Assembly (NCBI GenBank): GCA_965200875.1
Contig: OZ241456.1
Location: forward strand, 1,088,001-1,152,000
From: Bdellovibrionales bacterium
GTDB taxonomy: Bacteria > Bdellovibrionota > Bdellovibrionia > Bdellovibrionales > UBA1609
Direction: 5' to 3'
DNA: 64,000 bases
The translations under genes were made by a program, and so were the position numbers. The notes under the pieces are model-generated. The model had not been told where the DNA came from, did not search any database, and worked only from the letters and a program-made list of their open reading frames with translations. Positions 1-9,918 of the stretch are shown one piece after another (the first letter of the stretch is position 1; each line of letters opens with the position of its first letter).

Positions 1-1
1 C

Positions 2-1966
2 GAAAAGTGTCGAACTCTGCATTCAGAACTAGAGGATAGTGATACTGGGTACGCCAGAAAAGAAAAGTGGGACAAGTATCAAGAGCATATCTCAAGTTGC
101 AAGCAGCAAGCTCAGGCTAATGCTGATACAGATAATAAAGTAGCCAGCAAAGCCACAGCCTGTACAAGCACTTGTAATCAATACTTAAACACAGTTGCGA
201 GTGGTTGTTCTGGAATTTCTGGTGATTCATGTACAGAATTTTGTAACAATACAGAGCACTCTAGCTCTTCCTTTATGCAGGCTGATCAAATGCAAGGTTT
301 TAATGAATCTTCAGGAGTGAATAACTGTGTGACTCAAAAAGTGGAACAGTATAAAAGCCTCTATATGCAGGAATGTGCCTCTATGCTGGAAGAAATCAAT
401 CAAACAAAGCCAAATGAGCTTCTTTGCCCTTCTGCTGAATTATCAAATAATACAGAAAAATGTACTGAATTTTGTCAGGAACAATTAAATGAGCACTTTA
501 ATAGTGATGAACAAATAAATCCCACAGAATGTTATTCTGAACAGAGGAATATGGTTTCTAGATCGGGCTTCCTAATCCCGAATGCATCACCAATAAGCAA
601 GCAATGTCAGGTGGTGCTCAACAACTCTGAGGGAGAAGTAAATGGAGAATTAAACACGCTCCAAGCTTCTATCATTAAAAGTAATGGAGAATTAAAACAG
701 GGTTTCACATGGTTTTTTTGTGAGAAGGGAGAGGAGCAGAATTGTGAGGAGGATCTAAAGCTTGCCTTTGAGGAGGCGGCGGAAATTTGTGCCACTCTTC
801 AAAAAGAGGCGCACGAATGTTGCCATACCCCGGAACAGTGTGTGGGTGGAGGTCTTGCAACGGCATTGGATGGGCTGGGCAAAATGCACATTGGCATAAG
901 CAGTCTTAAAGGGCCAAAGAAAGCTTGTAAGGCAGTCCGGCAGACTTTCGGATTATTTAGTAGTATGCAAGGTGCAATGGCCACCCAATGTACAAGAAAG
1001 GCAAACGCATGCCAAGAAGGTTGCGCTCAGGAACAACGGAGAGTGGCAGAGCAGTTTAAGCAAGCTTGCAACCATGATATACGCATAAAGGCTGATTATG
1101 ACGAAAATGAACACACTTGCGATGAGCAGTTTTTTAAACATTACAGAAGTCAGTATAAGAAAAGTGGGTGGAGTGCACAGGAGGATATAAATATATCACT
1201 AGTTCCTGAGCAATGTGAACGCACAGGCCGGGAGGCAAATCGCAATATTCAGGCTATGAGCACAAATTTAGGTACAAGTTTAATGGCTTCAATGAAGGAA
1301 TGTGGAGAAACGGGAGAACCGCTAAAATGGGAGACACCAAAACCACCGAAAATTCCAAGATATACCCGCCCTGATATTCCAACACCTTCTCCTCGACCAG
1401 TTCCAACACCTTCTCCGTATTTAGGTGGTGGTGGTAGAGAACCACCACCGAATAGGCCAAAAAAGAGGGGATTACCCACGCCGAATACTCCAGGACCCGC
1501 CGCTGATCCTTTGGGGGTTGAACCTGACCTTCCTGATGATCCGGCAAAAGATGGACCAGGTGCTCCTGGTGGCATGGGTGGCTTGTTAGGTGGAAGTGGT
1601 GGAAGTTCAGGAATGGGTGGATTTGGTTTAAGCGGTGGTGGAGGCGGTGGCTCTCCAGGAGGAGAAGGTAATGACGATGATTCACCAAAGGGCAATAAGA
1701 TTTTGCATGGGTACGCTGGTGGTAAGTTTGCAGGCTATGGAGGTGGCGGAAGTGCAAACCAAGGAGGCCGGAAATTTAAAAGAAGTGCCAAGAACAAAAA
1801 AAATCGGCGCAAATTAGCTCGATTGAATTTAAAGAAGATTTTACCAAAAGGAAAACAGATGAATCATAAGGTTGGAAAATTTGGCTCTCCACATGACAAT
1901 ATATTTCAGAGGATGAGTAATCGTTATCAGTGGTTATGCAGAACAAATAAAATGAATTGCAAATAA
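2..1966 (+). CDS. Large Cys-rich secreted-type hypothetical protein with Pro-rich and Gly-rich C-terminal region (5' end outside window)
   Basis: The frame of ORF 275..1966 stays open back to base 2 (EKCRTLHSELED...CTEFCNN). Many CxxxC motifs, a PTPSPRP/GGSGG low-complexity tail and a terminal DNIFQRMSNRY motif. Confidence 0.8.
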   Translation, partial: EKCRTLHSELEDSDTGYARKEKWDKYQEHISSCKQQAQANADTDNKVASKATACTSTCNQYLNTVASGCSGISGDSCTEFCNNTEHSSSSFMQADQMQGFNESSGVNNCVTQKVEQYKSLYMQECASMLEEINQTKPNELLCPSAELSNNTEKCTEFCQEQLNEHFNSDEQINPTECYSEQRNMVSRSGFLIPNASPISKQCQVVLNNSEGEVNGELNTLQASIIKSNGELKQGFTWFFCEKGEEQNCEEDLKLAFEEAAEICATLQKEAHECCHTPEQCVGGGLATALDGLGKMHIGISSLKGPKKACKAVRQTFGLFSSMQGAMATQCTRKANACQEGCAQEQRRVAEQFKQACNHDIRIKADYDENEHTCDEQFFKHYRSQYKKSGWSAQEDINISLVPEQCERTGREANRNIQAMSTNLGTSLMASMKECGETGEPLKWETPKPPKIPRYTRPDIPTPSPRPVPTPSPYLGGGGREPPPNRPKKRGLPTPNTPGPAADPLGVEPDLPDDPAKDGPGAPGGMGGLLGGSGGSSGMGGFGLSGGGGGGSPGGEGNDDDSPKGNKILHGYAGGKFAGYGGGGSANQGGRKFKRSAKNKKNRRKLARLNLKKILPKGKQMNHKVGKFGSPHDNIFQRMSNRYQWLCRTNKMNCK

Positions 1967-2156
1967 TTTCATGATTATTATTCCTGTTCGAATGGATATT
2001 TTTCTCATAAAAACTGGAGAAAAGTGCGTTTTTTTCCATATCTGAATTTAAAATAAAATAACACTTTGCAGTAATAAGCTGATTTTTACACATATATTGT
2101 GTGTTTCATGATATAAGCTTAATCGCAAACGAATGAAGAAATAGGAGGTATTTATT

Positions 2157-2582
2157 ATGTTTGGAATAAACAAAGTTATTTTAGTGGGTAATCTGGGGGT
2201 GGATCCAGAAGTGAGAAAAACCGCCAACCAGCAAACAGTGACACAATTCAGTCTAGCCACCAGTGAAACCTGGGTGAATAAAGACGGGGAGCGTCAGGAA
2301 AAAACAGAATGGCACCGTATTGTGGTTTGGGGAAAACTGGCTGAAACCTGTGCGAAACATTTGGCAAAAGGTCGGCAGGTTTTCATAGAAGGTCGTTTGC
2401 AAACTCGTTCATGGGAAACCGAACAAGGGCAAAAAAAATTCACAACAGAAATAGTGGCCGGACAAGTCCTGTTTCTGGGAAGATCACCACAAATGCTGAG
2501 TAAGGAAAATGGGTTAAATGAGACAACACATGCAAAGAAAGAACCTAATTTTCCTGCAACGGAAGAAGCAATGCCTTTTTAA
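2157..2582 (+). CDS. ssb: Single-stranded DNA-binding protein
   Basis: INKVILVGNLG, TEWHRIVVWGKLAE, EGRLQTRSW and C-terminal acidic ..MPF; SD AGGAGG upstream. Confidence 0.97.
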   Translation: MFGINKVILVGNLGVDPEVRKTANQQTVTQFSLATSETWVNKDGERQEKTEWHRIVVWGKLAETCAKHLAKGRQVFIEGRLQTRSWETEQGQKKFTTEIVAGQVLFLGRSPQMLSKENGLNETTHAKKEPNFPATEEAMPF

Positions 2583-2590
2583 GTTCGTTT

Positions 2591-3625
2591 TTAAAAGGAA
2601 AAAGCAATTCCCAATTTTGCTCCAATATAAAGAGGTTTAAAGTCTCTTGCACCTTCTTTTAGAGATTGAAGGGAAATAAGAACAGGGTTAATCCAGCTGG
2701 CATCTATTTGAATAGGAATATACATTCCTCCAAAGTGAATATCTATGCCTAAAGCTCCAGTTACCGCTCCATGAAAGCTGGAAAAGCTTTTTTTATCCAA
2801 ACCCAGATTTGCTTTTTGATCCACGAAAGGCCAAAGTAAAGAACCACCAGCTCCCAACCAAGGTTGAAACATGGAATGCCTTAAAAAAATTCCTCTCAAG
2901 AGAAAACCAGCCCCTATGTAATGAATGCCCAAACTACAGGTTGACAAACCACAGTTAGATCCGCTAGCTCTTAAAGTTTGATGACCCAACATAATACGAG
3001 CACCTAAAGGGCCCATGAGTGAAAAATCCACTATTAATTGTTCTGCGAAACTCCACCCGACTATGCTTTTATTTGGTGCAGTAGTAATTATATTGTATTG
3101 AGGGCCTAATATTATACCAAATCCATTAGAGGAATAAGGGGATTTTTGAAAACTGGAGGCAGTGGAAAAGTTTTCTGCTGAAGAAGTATGATTTCTCTTG
3201 CCTGCTGGATCATATTCCTCATTCCCTCCAAAAGAAGATCTGTCGGAAGAATCGGGAGCAGAAGGTTCTAAAATCCAGTTAACACCCATTTTCCCTTTTA
3301 TCAATACAGCAATGGCTTTCCCTTTTTTCACTTTTTTTATTTGCAATACCCCTAAAGGCTTTCCATAAAGATTAAGGGCATCAAATTTATCTCCTTTTTC
3401 TGATTGGACACCTTCTAAATCCACCAAAGCTTTACGACCTTTAACTTTAAGAATTATTGCTGAATGCGCAAAAGAAAAAGGATATAAAACACAAAAAACA
3501 AGAGAAAAAATTAAAACCTGCGAGTTTAAAATTTGTTGAATAACCAAAACACCGGCTTTTAAGAGAAAACAGAATGGGGCGGAAAGTTTTAAAATGGAAG
3601 AATGCAGTGATGTTTTCATAACCAA
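2591..3625 (-). CDS. Hypothetical exported protein, probable C-terminal outer-membrane beta-barrel (true start probably downstream of 3625)
   Basis: Signal-like hydrophobic stretch ending AHS/A, alternating beta-strand pattern, C-terminal ..GIAFSF. Confidence 0.6.
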   Translation of the reverse strand: MVMKTSLHSSILKLSAPFCFLLKAGVLVIQQILNSQVLIFSLVFCVLYPFSFAHSAIILKVKGRKALVDLEGVQSEKGDKFDALNLYGKPLGVLQIKKVKKGKAIAVLIKGKMGVNWILEPSAPDSSDRSSFGGNEEYDPAGKRNHTSSAENFSTASSFQKSPYSSNGFGIILGPQYNIITTAPNKSIVGWSFAEQLIVDFSLMGPLGARIMLGHQTLRASGSNCGLSTCSLGIHYIGAGFLLRGIFLRHSMFQPWLGAGGSLLWPFVDQKANLGLDKKSFSSFHGAVTGALGIDIHFGGMYIPIQIDASWINPVLISLQSLKEGARDFKPLYIGAKLGIAFSF

Positions 3626-3800
3626 TACCTGATTTTACCAAAGTGCTTAAGTTGAATATTTTTCTATTATTTCACTATTTACCTTAAAAAGGATCAAGTT
3701 TTTTCCCAGACCTCTGTTAATAAATTGTTGTTTTTGCCAAATCATTTCTCCATAAAAAAAGATTTTTATTCCGCAAAAAATAAGATATTCTCGAAAAATT

Positions 3801-5162
3801 ATGAAAAACATAAAAGCAAAAATTCAATTTGTCTGTTCTGAGTGTGGCGTATCCAGCCCAAAGTGGCAAGGACAATGCTCCCATTGTGGAAAGTGGAATT
3901 CCATAATTGAATCAACAGTTTCCCCACCTGCATATTTTAAACAAACAAAATCAGCAAAATCAGAACCTGTTTTGCTGAATAAACAACAGCATCAATCAGA
4001 AACAAGAAAATCCACTGGAATAAAAGAGTTGGACAGAGTCCTAGGTGGAGGTCTGGTGTCAGGTTCTTATATTTTGCTGGGAGGAGCACCGGGAATAGGA
4101 AAAAGCACTCTCCTTTTACATACAGCTGAAGGTCTGGCTCAACAGGGGTTAAAAGTATTTTATGTCTCTGCGGAGGAAAGTCTGGAACAAACAAGCTTAA
4201 GGGCGAGGCGACTGAACTTAAAAAATCAAAATAATATTTTTATGTTAAATGAAATCTCTTTGGAAAAGATTTTTCATCATGCCAAGAGCTTAAAACCAAA
4301 TGTTTTGATTGTGGATTCCATTCAAACAGTGCAGTTTTCTGAAATATCTTCTGCTCCTGGTTCTGTATCACAGGTGCGGGAATGCGCGAATCAGCTTATG
4401 AATTTTGCCAAAAGCACCAACACTGCCGTATTTGTAATTGGACATATTACGAAAGACGGGCAGCTGGCCGGACCGCGACTGCTGGAACATACAGTGGATA
4501 CTGTATTATCTTTTGACGGAGACCCTCATTACCAGTTTCGTCTACTGAGAGTGTTAAAAAATCGTTTTGGGGCTGTAAATGAAATAGGGGTTTTTCAAAT
4601 GTTGTCTGAAGGTTTGAAAGAAGTCACTAATCCCTCTGAGTTTTTTTTAGGAGAAAGACAGGAAAACCTGATTGGTTCTGTGGTGTTTACAGCAATGGAA
4701 GGCTCACGCCCCATATTGTGTGAAATACAGGCCCTTTGTCTACGCAGTTACCTATCTATGCCTCGTCGAACAGCTATTGGTCTGGATGTAAACCGCCTTC
4801 ATAAAATTATTGCTGTCTTAGATAGTTACTTAAAAACAGGATTATATCAATACGATATTTTTCTCAACATAGCGGGAGGGTTGAAAATAACAGAACCGGC
4901 TGTGGATTTAGCCATAGCATCAGCACTGATTTCCGCAAAAAAACAAAAAACCGTTGTTGCGAGTAGTTGTTTTTTTGGAGAAGTAGGACTAACGGGGAAA
5001 ATAAGAGCCAGCATTTTTGCGGAAGAAAGAATAAAATCCGCTCAAAAATTAGGCTTTAAAAATATTTATCTTCCGGCAGGAAATAAAAAACATTTGCAAC
5101 AAAACAAAGGAATGGAAACATTCCAGCTTCACTGGATACAATCCATAAAAGATCTTGATTAA
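3801..5162 (+). CDS. radA: DNA repair protein RadA/Sms
   Basis: CSECG..WQGQCSHCGKW zinc finger, Walker A GAPGIGKST, KNRFG motif, Lon-like C-terminus. Confidence 0.97.
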   Translation: MKNIKAKIQFVCSECGVSSPKWQGQCSHCGKWNSIIESTVSPPAYFKQTKSAKSEPVLLNKQQHQSETRKSTGIKELDRVLGGGLVSGSYILLGGAPGIGKSTLLLHTAEGLAQQGLKVFYVSAEESLEQTSLRARRLNLKNQNNIFMLNEISLEKIFHHAKSLKPNVLIVDSIQTVQFSEISSAPGSVSQVRECANQLMNFAKSTNTAVFVIGHITKDGQLAGPRLLEHTVDTVLSFDGDPHYQFRLLRVLKNRFGAVNEIGVFQMLSEGLKEVTNPSEFFLGERQENLIGSVVFTAMEGSRPILCEIQALCLRSYLSMPRRTAIGLDVNRLHKIIAVLDSYLKTGLYQYDIFLNIAGGLKITEPAVDLAIASALISAKKQKTVVASSCFFGEVGLTGKIRASIFAEERIKSAQKLGFKNIYLPAGNKKHLQQNKGMETFQLHWIQSIKDLD

Positions 5163-5163
5163 A

Positions 5164-5290
5164 TAATCCGCTGTGAAAAAGTATGTAATTTTGACTGGAT
5201 TCCCGCCTGCGCGGGAATGACTTCCCTGTGGAAGGTACATGAAAGAGGGGTGTGATAATTAAAGCACTATGGGTTTTTCACGGACTACTA
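5164..5290. mobile_element. MITE/REP-like element, copy A (~127 bp)
   Basis: Ends TAATCCGCTGTGAAAAA ... TTTTTCACGGACTACTA (inverted), internal GATTCCCGCCTGCGCGGGAATGAC hairpin; aligns over its length with 7934-8058 and 18300-18452. Confidence 0.75.
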
Positions 5291-5303
5291 AATAGCTATT
5301 TCA

Positions 5304-5573
5304 TTACATATGTTCAGCTATAATTTTAACAGCATTCCACCAAGTTTTGATTACCCATCCGGAATCATCAACATTATTATCTATTTCAAAGACTTTATTT
5401 ACAGCAGAAGCTATAGCTACACAACTTAATAGAAGAAGCACATATTCCACAACAATAGCCCCTTTGTTGTTCTTGAAGTTACAAAAAATTCCGCCAAATT
5501 TATTTTCAGTTTTTCTTTTAATACGAAAAGCAACTAAGATATATAACCAAATAAAAACCTGAATTATTTTCAT
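5304..5573 (-). CDS. Flp-like type IVb pilin / pseudopilin
   Basis: NNKG^AIVVEYVLLL prepilin cleavage motif with E+5/Y+6 followed by a hydrophobic helix; small size; start uncertain. Confidence 0.7.
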   Translation of the reverse strand: MKIIQVFIWLYILVAFRIKRKTENKFGGIFCNFKNNKGAIVVEYVLLLLSCVAIASAVNKVFEIDNNVDDSGWVIKTWWNAVKIIAEHM

Positions 5574-5656
5574 TGTACTTCCTGTTTTAACCTTCAATGT
5601 CTTACAAACATTTTACATCAAATTTTTACATTTACAACTGAAAAAAAGAAAAGGGA

Positions 5657-5800
5657 TAGTGGTCCGTGAAAAAGTATGTAATTTTGACTGGATTCCCGTT
5701 TTCACGGGAATGACTTCCCTCTAAAACTCAACAAGATTCCCGCCTGCGCGGGAATGACTTCCCCCTAAAACTCAACAAGATTCCCGTTTTCACGGGACTA
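5657..5800. repeat. MITE/REP-like element with internal ~44-bp tandem triplication of the ATTCCC-N8-GGGAAT hairpin
   Basis: TAGTGGTCCGTGAAAAAGTATG start; units at 5691, 5735 and 5779 (GATTCCCG....CGGGAATGACTTCCC.CTAAAACTCAACAA, third unit partial). Confidence 0.8.
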
Positions 5801-6745
5801 AAACCTACTAAAAGGAATGGGGATACGAATATGGTTAAATTCTTCCGTGCCAAGTAAGGTAACCCCTTTTTGGGCCAGTCTTTTTTTCAAAAGAGGGTGG
5901 GGGTGATTGTATCGTTTTCTTCTGGCACTGGCCACAGCTATTTTTAAATGAGGCAGATATTTTAACAGGTGAGAGGTAGTGGAATACCGACTTCCGTGAT
6001 GGCCCGTTACCAATATTTTAACAGGGGTTTTGATTTTTCTCATCCATAGTTTTTCTGAAGAACCAGGGGAGTCTCCTGGAATGAGGATGCTGTTTTTGAC
6101 AACTACCACTCTACTTTGTTTGTTGGAATCTGTATCTCGCTTGTTTTTATTCCAGTGGGTGGGAAAAGTAATTTCTGTAAATATTTTTTTAGACGCTTTC
6201 ATGGATTTTTTTCCACATAAGGGAACGGAAGATAAAAATTTTTGCTTTTTTTTGCTTCCCTTTCCTCCAGGTGTATTTAAACGGCAAAAGGAGTTCAACC
6301 GTCTCCAGGCTTTTTTGGTAAAATTAATATGATCCCAGTCCCAATGGGAGAAAAATACTTTATTGTCTTTTTGTCCGCATTCTTTGATGAGTTTTTTTAA
6401 GGGGAAAAATTCTCCTCCTATGTCAAAATGTACGCAGGTTTTAAGATCAGAGTAAGTCACCATTTGCCCCTGTCCAACATACCACACAATAAGTTGTGCT
6501 GGCTTATTTTGACTGAAATAATGAATGGGAAGCAGAAAAGCTAAAATAAAAATTAAAAAATATTCTTTGTATTTTTTTATTAAAGAGAATATTTTACACC
6601 AAATAAGTTTGTACTGTACAAAGCACCCTACCACCTTGCCTTTATATGGTAAAAAACAGGTACTATAATATTTAATTTGCTGAAGCAGGATAACAATTTT
6701 CTGTCTTCTCTTGTTTTTTTTAGTCAATAAATGTTTTAAACTCAT
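5798..6745 (-). CDS. ComEC-type metallo-beta-lactamase-fold protein (separate C-terminal half of ComEC)
   Basis: VGQG, SHWDWDH, GD, GHHGS and YNHPH motifs; ATG at 6745 overlaps the TGA of the upstream competence gene (ATGA). Confidence 0.8.
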   Translation of the reverse strand: MSLKHLLTKKNKRRQKIVILLQQIKYYSTCFLPYKGKVVGCFVQYKLIWCKIFSLIKKYKEYFLIFILAFLLPIHYFSQNKPAQLIVWYVGQGQMVTYSDLKTCVHFDIGGEFFPLKKLIKECGQKDNKVFFSHWDWDHINFTKKAWRRLNSFCRLNTPGGKGSKKKQKFLSSVPLCGKKSMKASKKIFTEITFPTHWNKNKRDTDSNKQSRVVVVKNSILIPGDSPGSSEKLWMRKIKTPVKILVTGHHGSRYSTTSHLLKYLPHLKIAVASARRKRYNHPHPLLKKRLAQKGVTLLGTEEFNHIRIPIPFSRF

Positions 6746-7671
6746 AAATCCTCTTTTTCTTCTGAAGTTTGTTCGCAATCTCTTCGTATGGAATAAACAA
6801 AATAAAGCTGAAGCAAGATAAAAGAAATGCAAATATAGATCCATATTTGAAAAGAGCTGAGAGACCAAGGAAGTTCTATCCTTTTATTTTCCATAATAGG
6901 TCTAAGTTTCTCCATTATGAACAAAAAATATTCCCAAAGCCTGTCCGTAAAAAAGCGCAGAAAAGGAAATGGAATGGTCAGTAAAGATGCCGGCAACAGC
7001 AGGCAGGATGTGAGTGGAGCTATAAGCCAGTTTAACAGGATACTGAGTGGATGCGTGCCACCCCATTGGCTAACAATGGGGAGTATGAGTATAAAAGTTA
7101 GCGAACAGGATTTCAGTCTGGACAGCCTGTGATTGGACATACCCATACTGGCTATCCAGCTTAATTGCAAAGAGAGGGAGTTAAACCAAGTACTTTGACA
7201 TAACAGGCACAAAAGACCACTTATTTGCACACGAAAATACGGACTCCAAAACATTTTCAGCTCTTTGTTTACTTTGGTTAATAAGAGAGAAAACAAAGCT
7301 CTTAATACAGGAGGTTTCAGTCCTGCACTCATGGAATAGATTAATAGAAACAATCCTAACAAGGTGTTTTTAAAACGAAAAGAAGGTAATAAATTCCATG
7401 TTTTTTCCAAAAAAATAAGATGTGCACCGGAAATAACCATTAGATGAATCAGCCCTAAAGCAATGAAAGTTTTTTTCATTTCTCCTTCCGGCAATCTTTC
7501 CCCACAAATCAGAGCAGAGTATATATTGGTTAATGGTTCTGCAGTTTGTGTGCTCTGTATTTTCCACAAACACCATTCATGCAGGGATTGACTATAGGGT
7601 TCCACTATAGAAAGAAGGGAAAGAGGATTAACGCACAATATAATAAATATTAAAATTAAAGTAATAAGCAT
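6742..7671 (-). CDS. comEC: ComEC/Rec2 competence membrane domain protein
   Basis: GLIHLMVISGAH, PPVLRA and SLQLSW motifs; multi-TM. Confidence 0.85.
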   Translation of the reverse strand: MLITLILIFIILCVNPLSLLSIVEPYSQSLHEWCLWKIQSTQTAEPLTNIYSALICGERLPEGEMKKTFIALGLIHLMVISGAHLIFLEKTWNLLPSFRFKNTLLGLFLLIYSMSAGLKPPVLRALFSLLLTKVNKELKMFWSPYFRVQISGLLCLLCQSTWFNSLSLQLSWIASMGMSNHRLSRLKSCSLTFILILPIVSQWGGTHPLSILLNWLIAPLTSCLLLPASLLTIPFPFLRFFTDRLWEYFLFIMEKLRPIMENKRIELPWSLSSFQIWIYICISFILLQLYFVYSIRRDCEQTSEEKEDL

Positions 7672-7909
7672 TTCAGTATTTCCCTAGCAAAAATGGGGAC
7701 ATTTTTTTTGGATGAAACGAATAATTTGTTCTGAAACATTGTTTTTTTAACTAAAAAACAGCTTCTAACACGGACAATCAGTTCTGAAGAAAGAGGACCA
7801 GCCGGATTTTTTTATGGAAATCAGCTATCTCCAACAATAAAATCCACTTTTTTTTGATATAAGAGATTTTCCGGTCTTGACTGAATGGAAAATGAGGGAA
7901 AAAATAAAA

Positions 7910-8127
7910 TAGTGAGGCGTGAAAAAGTATACTTAGTGATCCGTGAAAAAGTATGTTATTTCCCTGGATTCCCGTTTTCACGGGAATGACACCCCTTGGG
8001 AAAGTACATAAAAAAGAGTGTGATAGTTGAAGCACTATGGGGTTTTCACGGACTACTACTTACTTAAGGAAAAAAGATGAATTATCGCCTTAAAACCCAG
8101 CAAGATTCCCGTTTTCACGGGAATGAC
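7910..8127. mobile_element. MITE/REP-like cluster (extra end at 7910, full copy 7934-8058, solo hairpin 8104-8127)
   Basis: TAGTGAGGCGTGAAAAA, TAGTGATCCGTGAAAAA ... GTTTTCACGGACTACTA; two GATTCCCGTTTTCACGGGAATGAC hairpins. Confidence 0.78.
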
Positions 8128-9874
8128 AGTTGATAGATGGATGAGGTTTTTAGCTTTGAAAAGGATTTTCAAACAATTTAATTTAATTTTTTTGTGTTAT
8201 ATCATTGCTTTCCTGCTGATTGCCGTGTTTTCCGCCTATACGATTTCTCAAGAGGAAGAAGATGATGAAGATGATATAGAATGGTTGGACGAAGACGATG
8301 AAATGGAGTCCTTAAAGACAGACACAGAAGATGAACCAGAAAAAAACCAAGAATCCGCAAAAAAAGACACAGTAACAGAGGAAAGTACTGCCGAAAATGA
8401 TTCTATTGAAGATATTGGAGAGGAAGACATGGAGGAATCTGCCAGTTCTGACTCCAATACAGAAACAGATATGGATACAGAACTTTCACCCGCGGAGGTG
8501 TCAGATTCATCATCAGGAGATGAATATGAAAGGGACTTATATGAAACTTATATTCAGTATTACAGTAAAAAAGTATCCGTGGAGGATTGGAATAGTGTTG
8601 TGGGAGGAAAAGACACCTATAATATTCAGGAAAAAGATACTTTGTGGGATATTAGCCAAGTACTGTTTGGTGATCCAAACTACTGGCCAAAATTGTGGTC
8701 TACCAACCCTTTCATAACCAACCCCCATTTGATCCAGCCGACAGACACTCTGGGCTTTGTGCATGGCACAGAAGGTTCTCCTCCATCGTTATCTATTATT
8801 ACTGGTGGCTTGACACAAACTAAAAAGGGTTCCAGAACTCCTCGTGTTCTGCCAGAGTTTTTGAAAGGACAAAAAATAGAAAAATTTGCCCCTTCCAAAA
8901 AACTTGTGCCGGTATTGAAAAATATTCCTTCCAGTTTACCCCCTTTGCGTTTGTCCAAAAAGCAGGAAGAATCATCTGATATGAGGATAGAATTTCAAAA
9001 TGTTAGTATACCCACAATTACTGCTTTGAGAAATTATATGTCTGATGAACCTGCTGATGGTCAGGGAGTGGTATCAGATAAAAAAGAATATGGTTCTTGG
9101 TTTCATTTGGGACAAAGTGTCATTCTGGAAATGAGGGATCCGGTAGATCCAGGACAAAAACTGACTATAGTAAAAAATAAAGGTAAATTATATTCTTCCA
9201 AATTTGGGGTCAGAGGACCTTTTGGATATCAAATAGAAGTGCAGGGGGAAGTGGAAGTTGTTGGAAGAGTGCCAGATTCTTTTGATTTATATGAAGCCAG
9301 AGTCACTCAATCTTTACACCCTATCGCCATAGGTTCTCTTGTTTTGCGAAAAAGTATTATTGAATTTGATTATAAACCTACTGATATGATGGGAAATTCA
9401 GAAGCGCAAATTATTGGAGTTCCCTCTTCTGTTTTTGACAGTTATGACAAACAAATAGCATCCCCATATTCTTTGGTGTATTTGAATCGCGGTTCCGGAA
9501 GTGGTCTTTCTGTGGGTCAAATGTATCAAATCAAAGCGAATCCCAGTATTGAAAGACAAATGGAATACGGTTATGACATTAAAATGGGGGAACTTAAAAT
9601 TGTCTACACGGAAAATCGTTTCTCAACAGGAGTGATTACAAGAATGAATAACCCTATCCATGTAGGTGACTATATCGCTTCTTTGGATAAAGGAATTTTA
9701 ACACAAAGAGGTTATGATCCTTTGGATGATGATGAAGTGGAAGAAGTGGGAGCTGAAGACGCTGGGTTTAGAGAATTTGAGGGTTCGAATGAAAGTTCCC
9801 CAGCACCGCCACCTGCAAGTTCTCAGGATGAAGAACCTTATGACGAAGAAGATGTGTTTGAAGCTTTTGAATAA
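8123..9874 (+). CDS. LysM peptidoglycan-binding domain protein with acidic N- and C-terminal tracts (true start probably ~8138-8156)
   Basis: YNIQEKDTLWDISQVLFGDPNYWPKLWSTNPFITNPHLIQP is a LysM; signal peptide present. The ATG at 8123 lies inside a repeat. Confidence 0.85.
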   Translation: MTVDRWMRFLALKRIFKQFNLIFLCYIIAFLLIAVFSAYTISQEEEDDEDDIEWLDEDDEMESLKTDTEDEPEKNQESAKKDTVTEESTAENDSIEDIGEEDMEESASSDSNTETDMDTELSPAEVSDSSSGDEYERDLYETYIQYYSKKVSVEDWNSVVGGKDTYNIQEKDTLWDISQVLFGDPNYWPKLWSTNPFITNPHLIQPTDTLGFVHGTEGSPPSLSIITGGLTQTKKGSRTPRVLPEFLKGQKIEKFAPSKKLVPVLKNIPSSLPPLRLSKKQEESSDMRIEFQNVSIPTITALRNYMSDEPADGQGVVSDKKEYGSWFHLGQSVILEMRDPVDPGQKLTIVKNKGKLYSSKFGVRGPFGYQIEVQGEVEVVGRVPDSFDLYEARVTQSLHPIAIGSLVLRKSIIEFDYKPTDMMGNSEAQIIGVPSSVFDSYDKQIASPYSLVYLNRGSGSGLSVGQMYQIKANPSIERQMEYGYDIKMGELKIVYTENRFSTGVITRMNNPIHVGDYIASLDKGILTQRGYDPLDDDEVEEVGAEDAGFREFEGSNESSPAPPPASSQDEEPYDEEDVFEAFE

Positions 9875-9918
9875 AAAAACAAAGGGTTAGATTCAGAGTA
9901 AGCAGAGGAGAGACTGGT

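Noticed and set aside
1249..1757. Pro-rich and His-rich minus-strand ORFs
   Set aside because: Antisense shadows of the Gly-rich tail of the first gene.
5691..5800. Possible mini-CRISPR (24-bp palindromic repeat, 44-bp period)
   Set aside because: The spacers are near-identical to each other, the repeat is a dispersed REP-like hairpin, and no cas genes are in the window.
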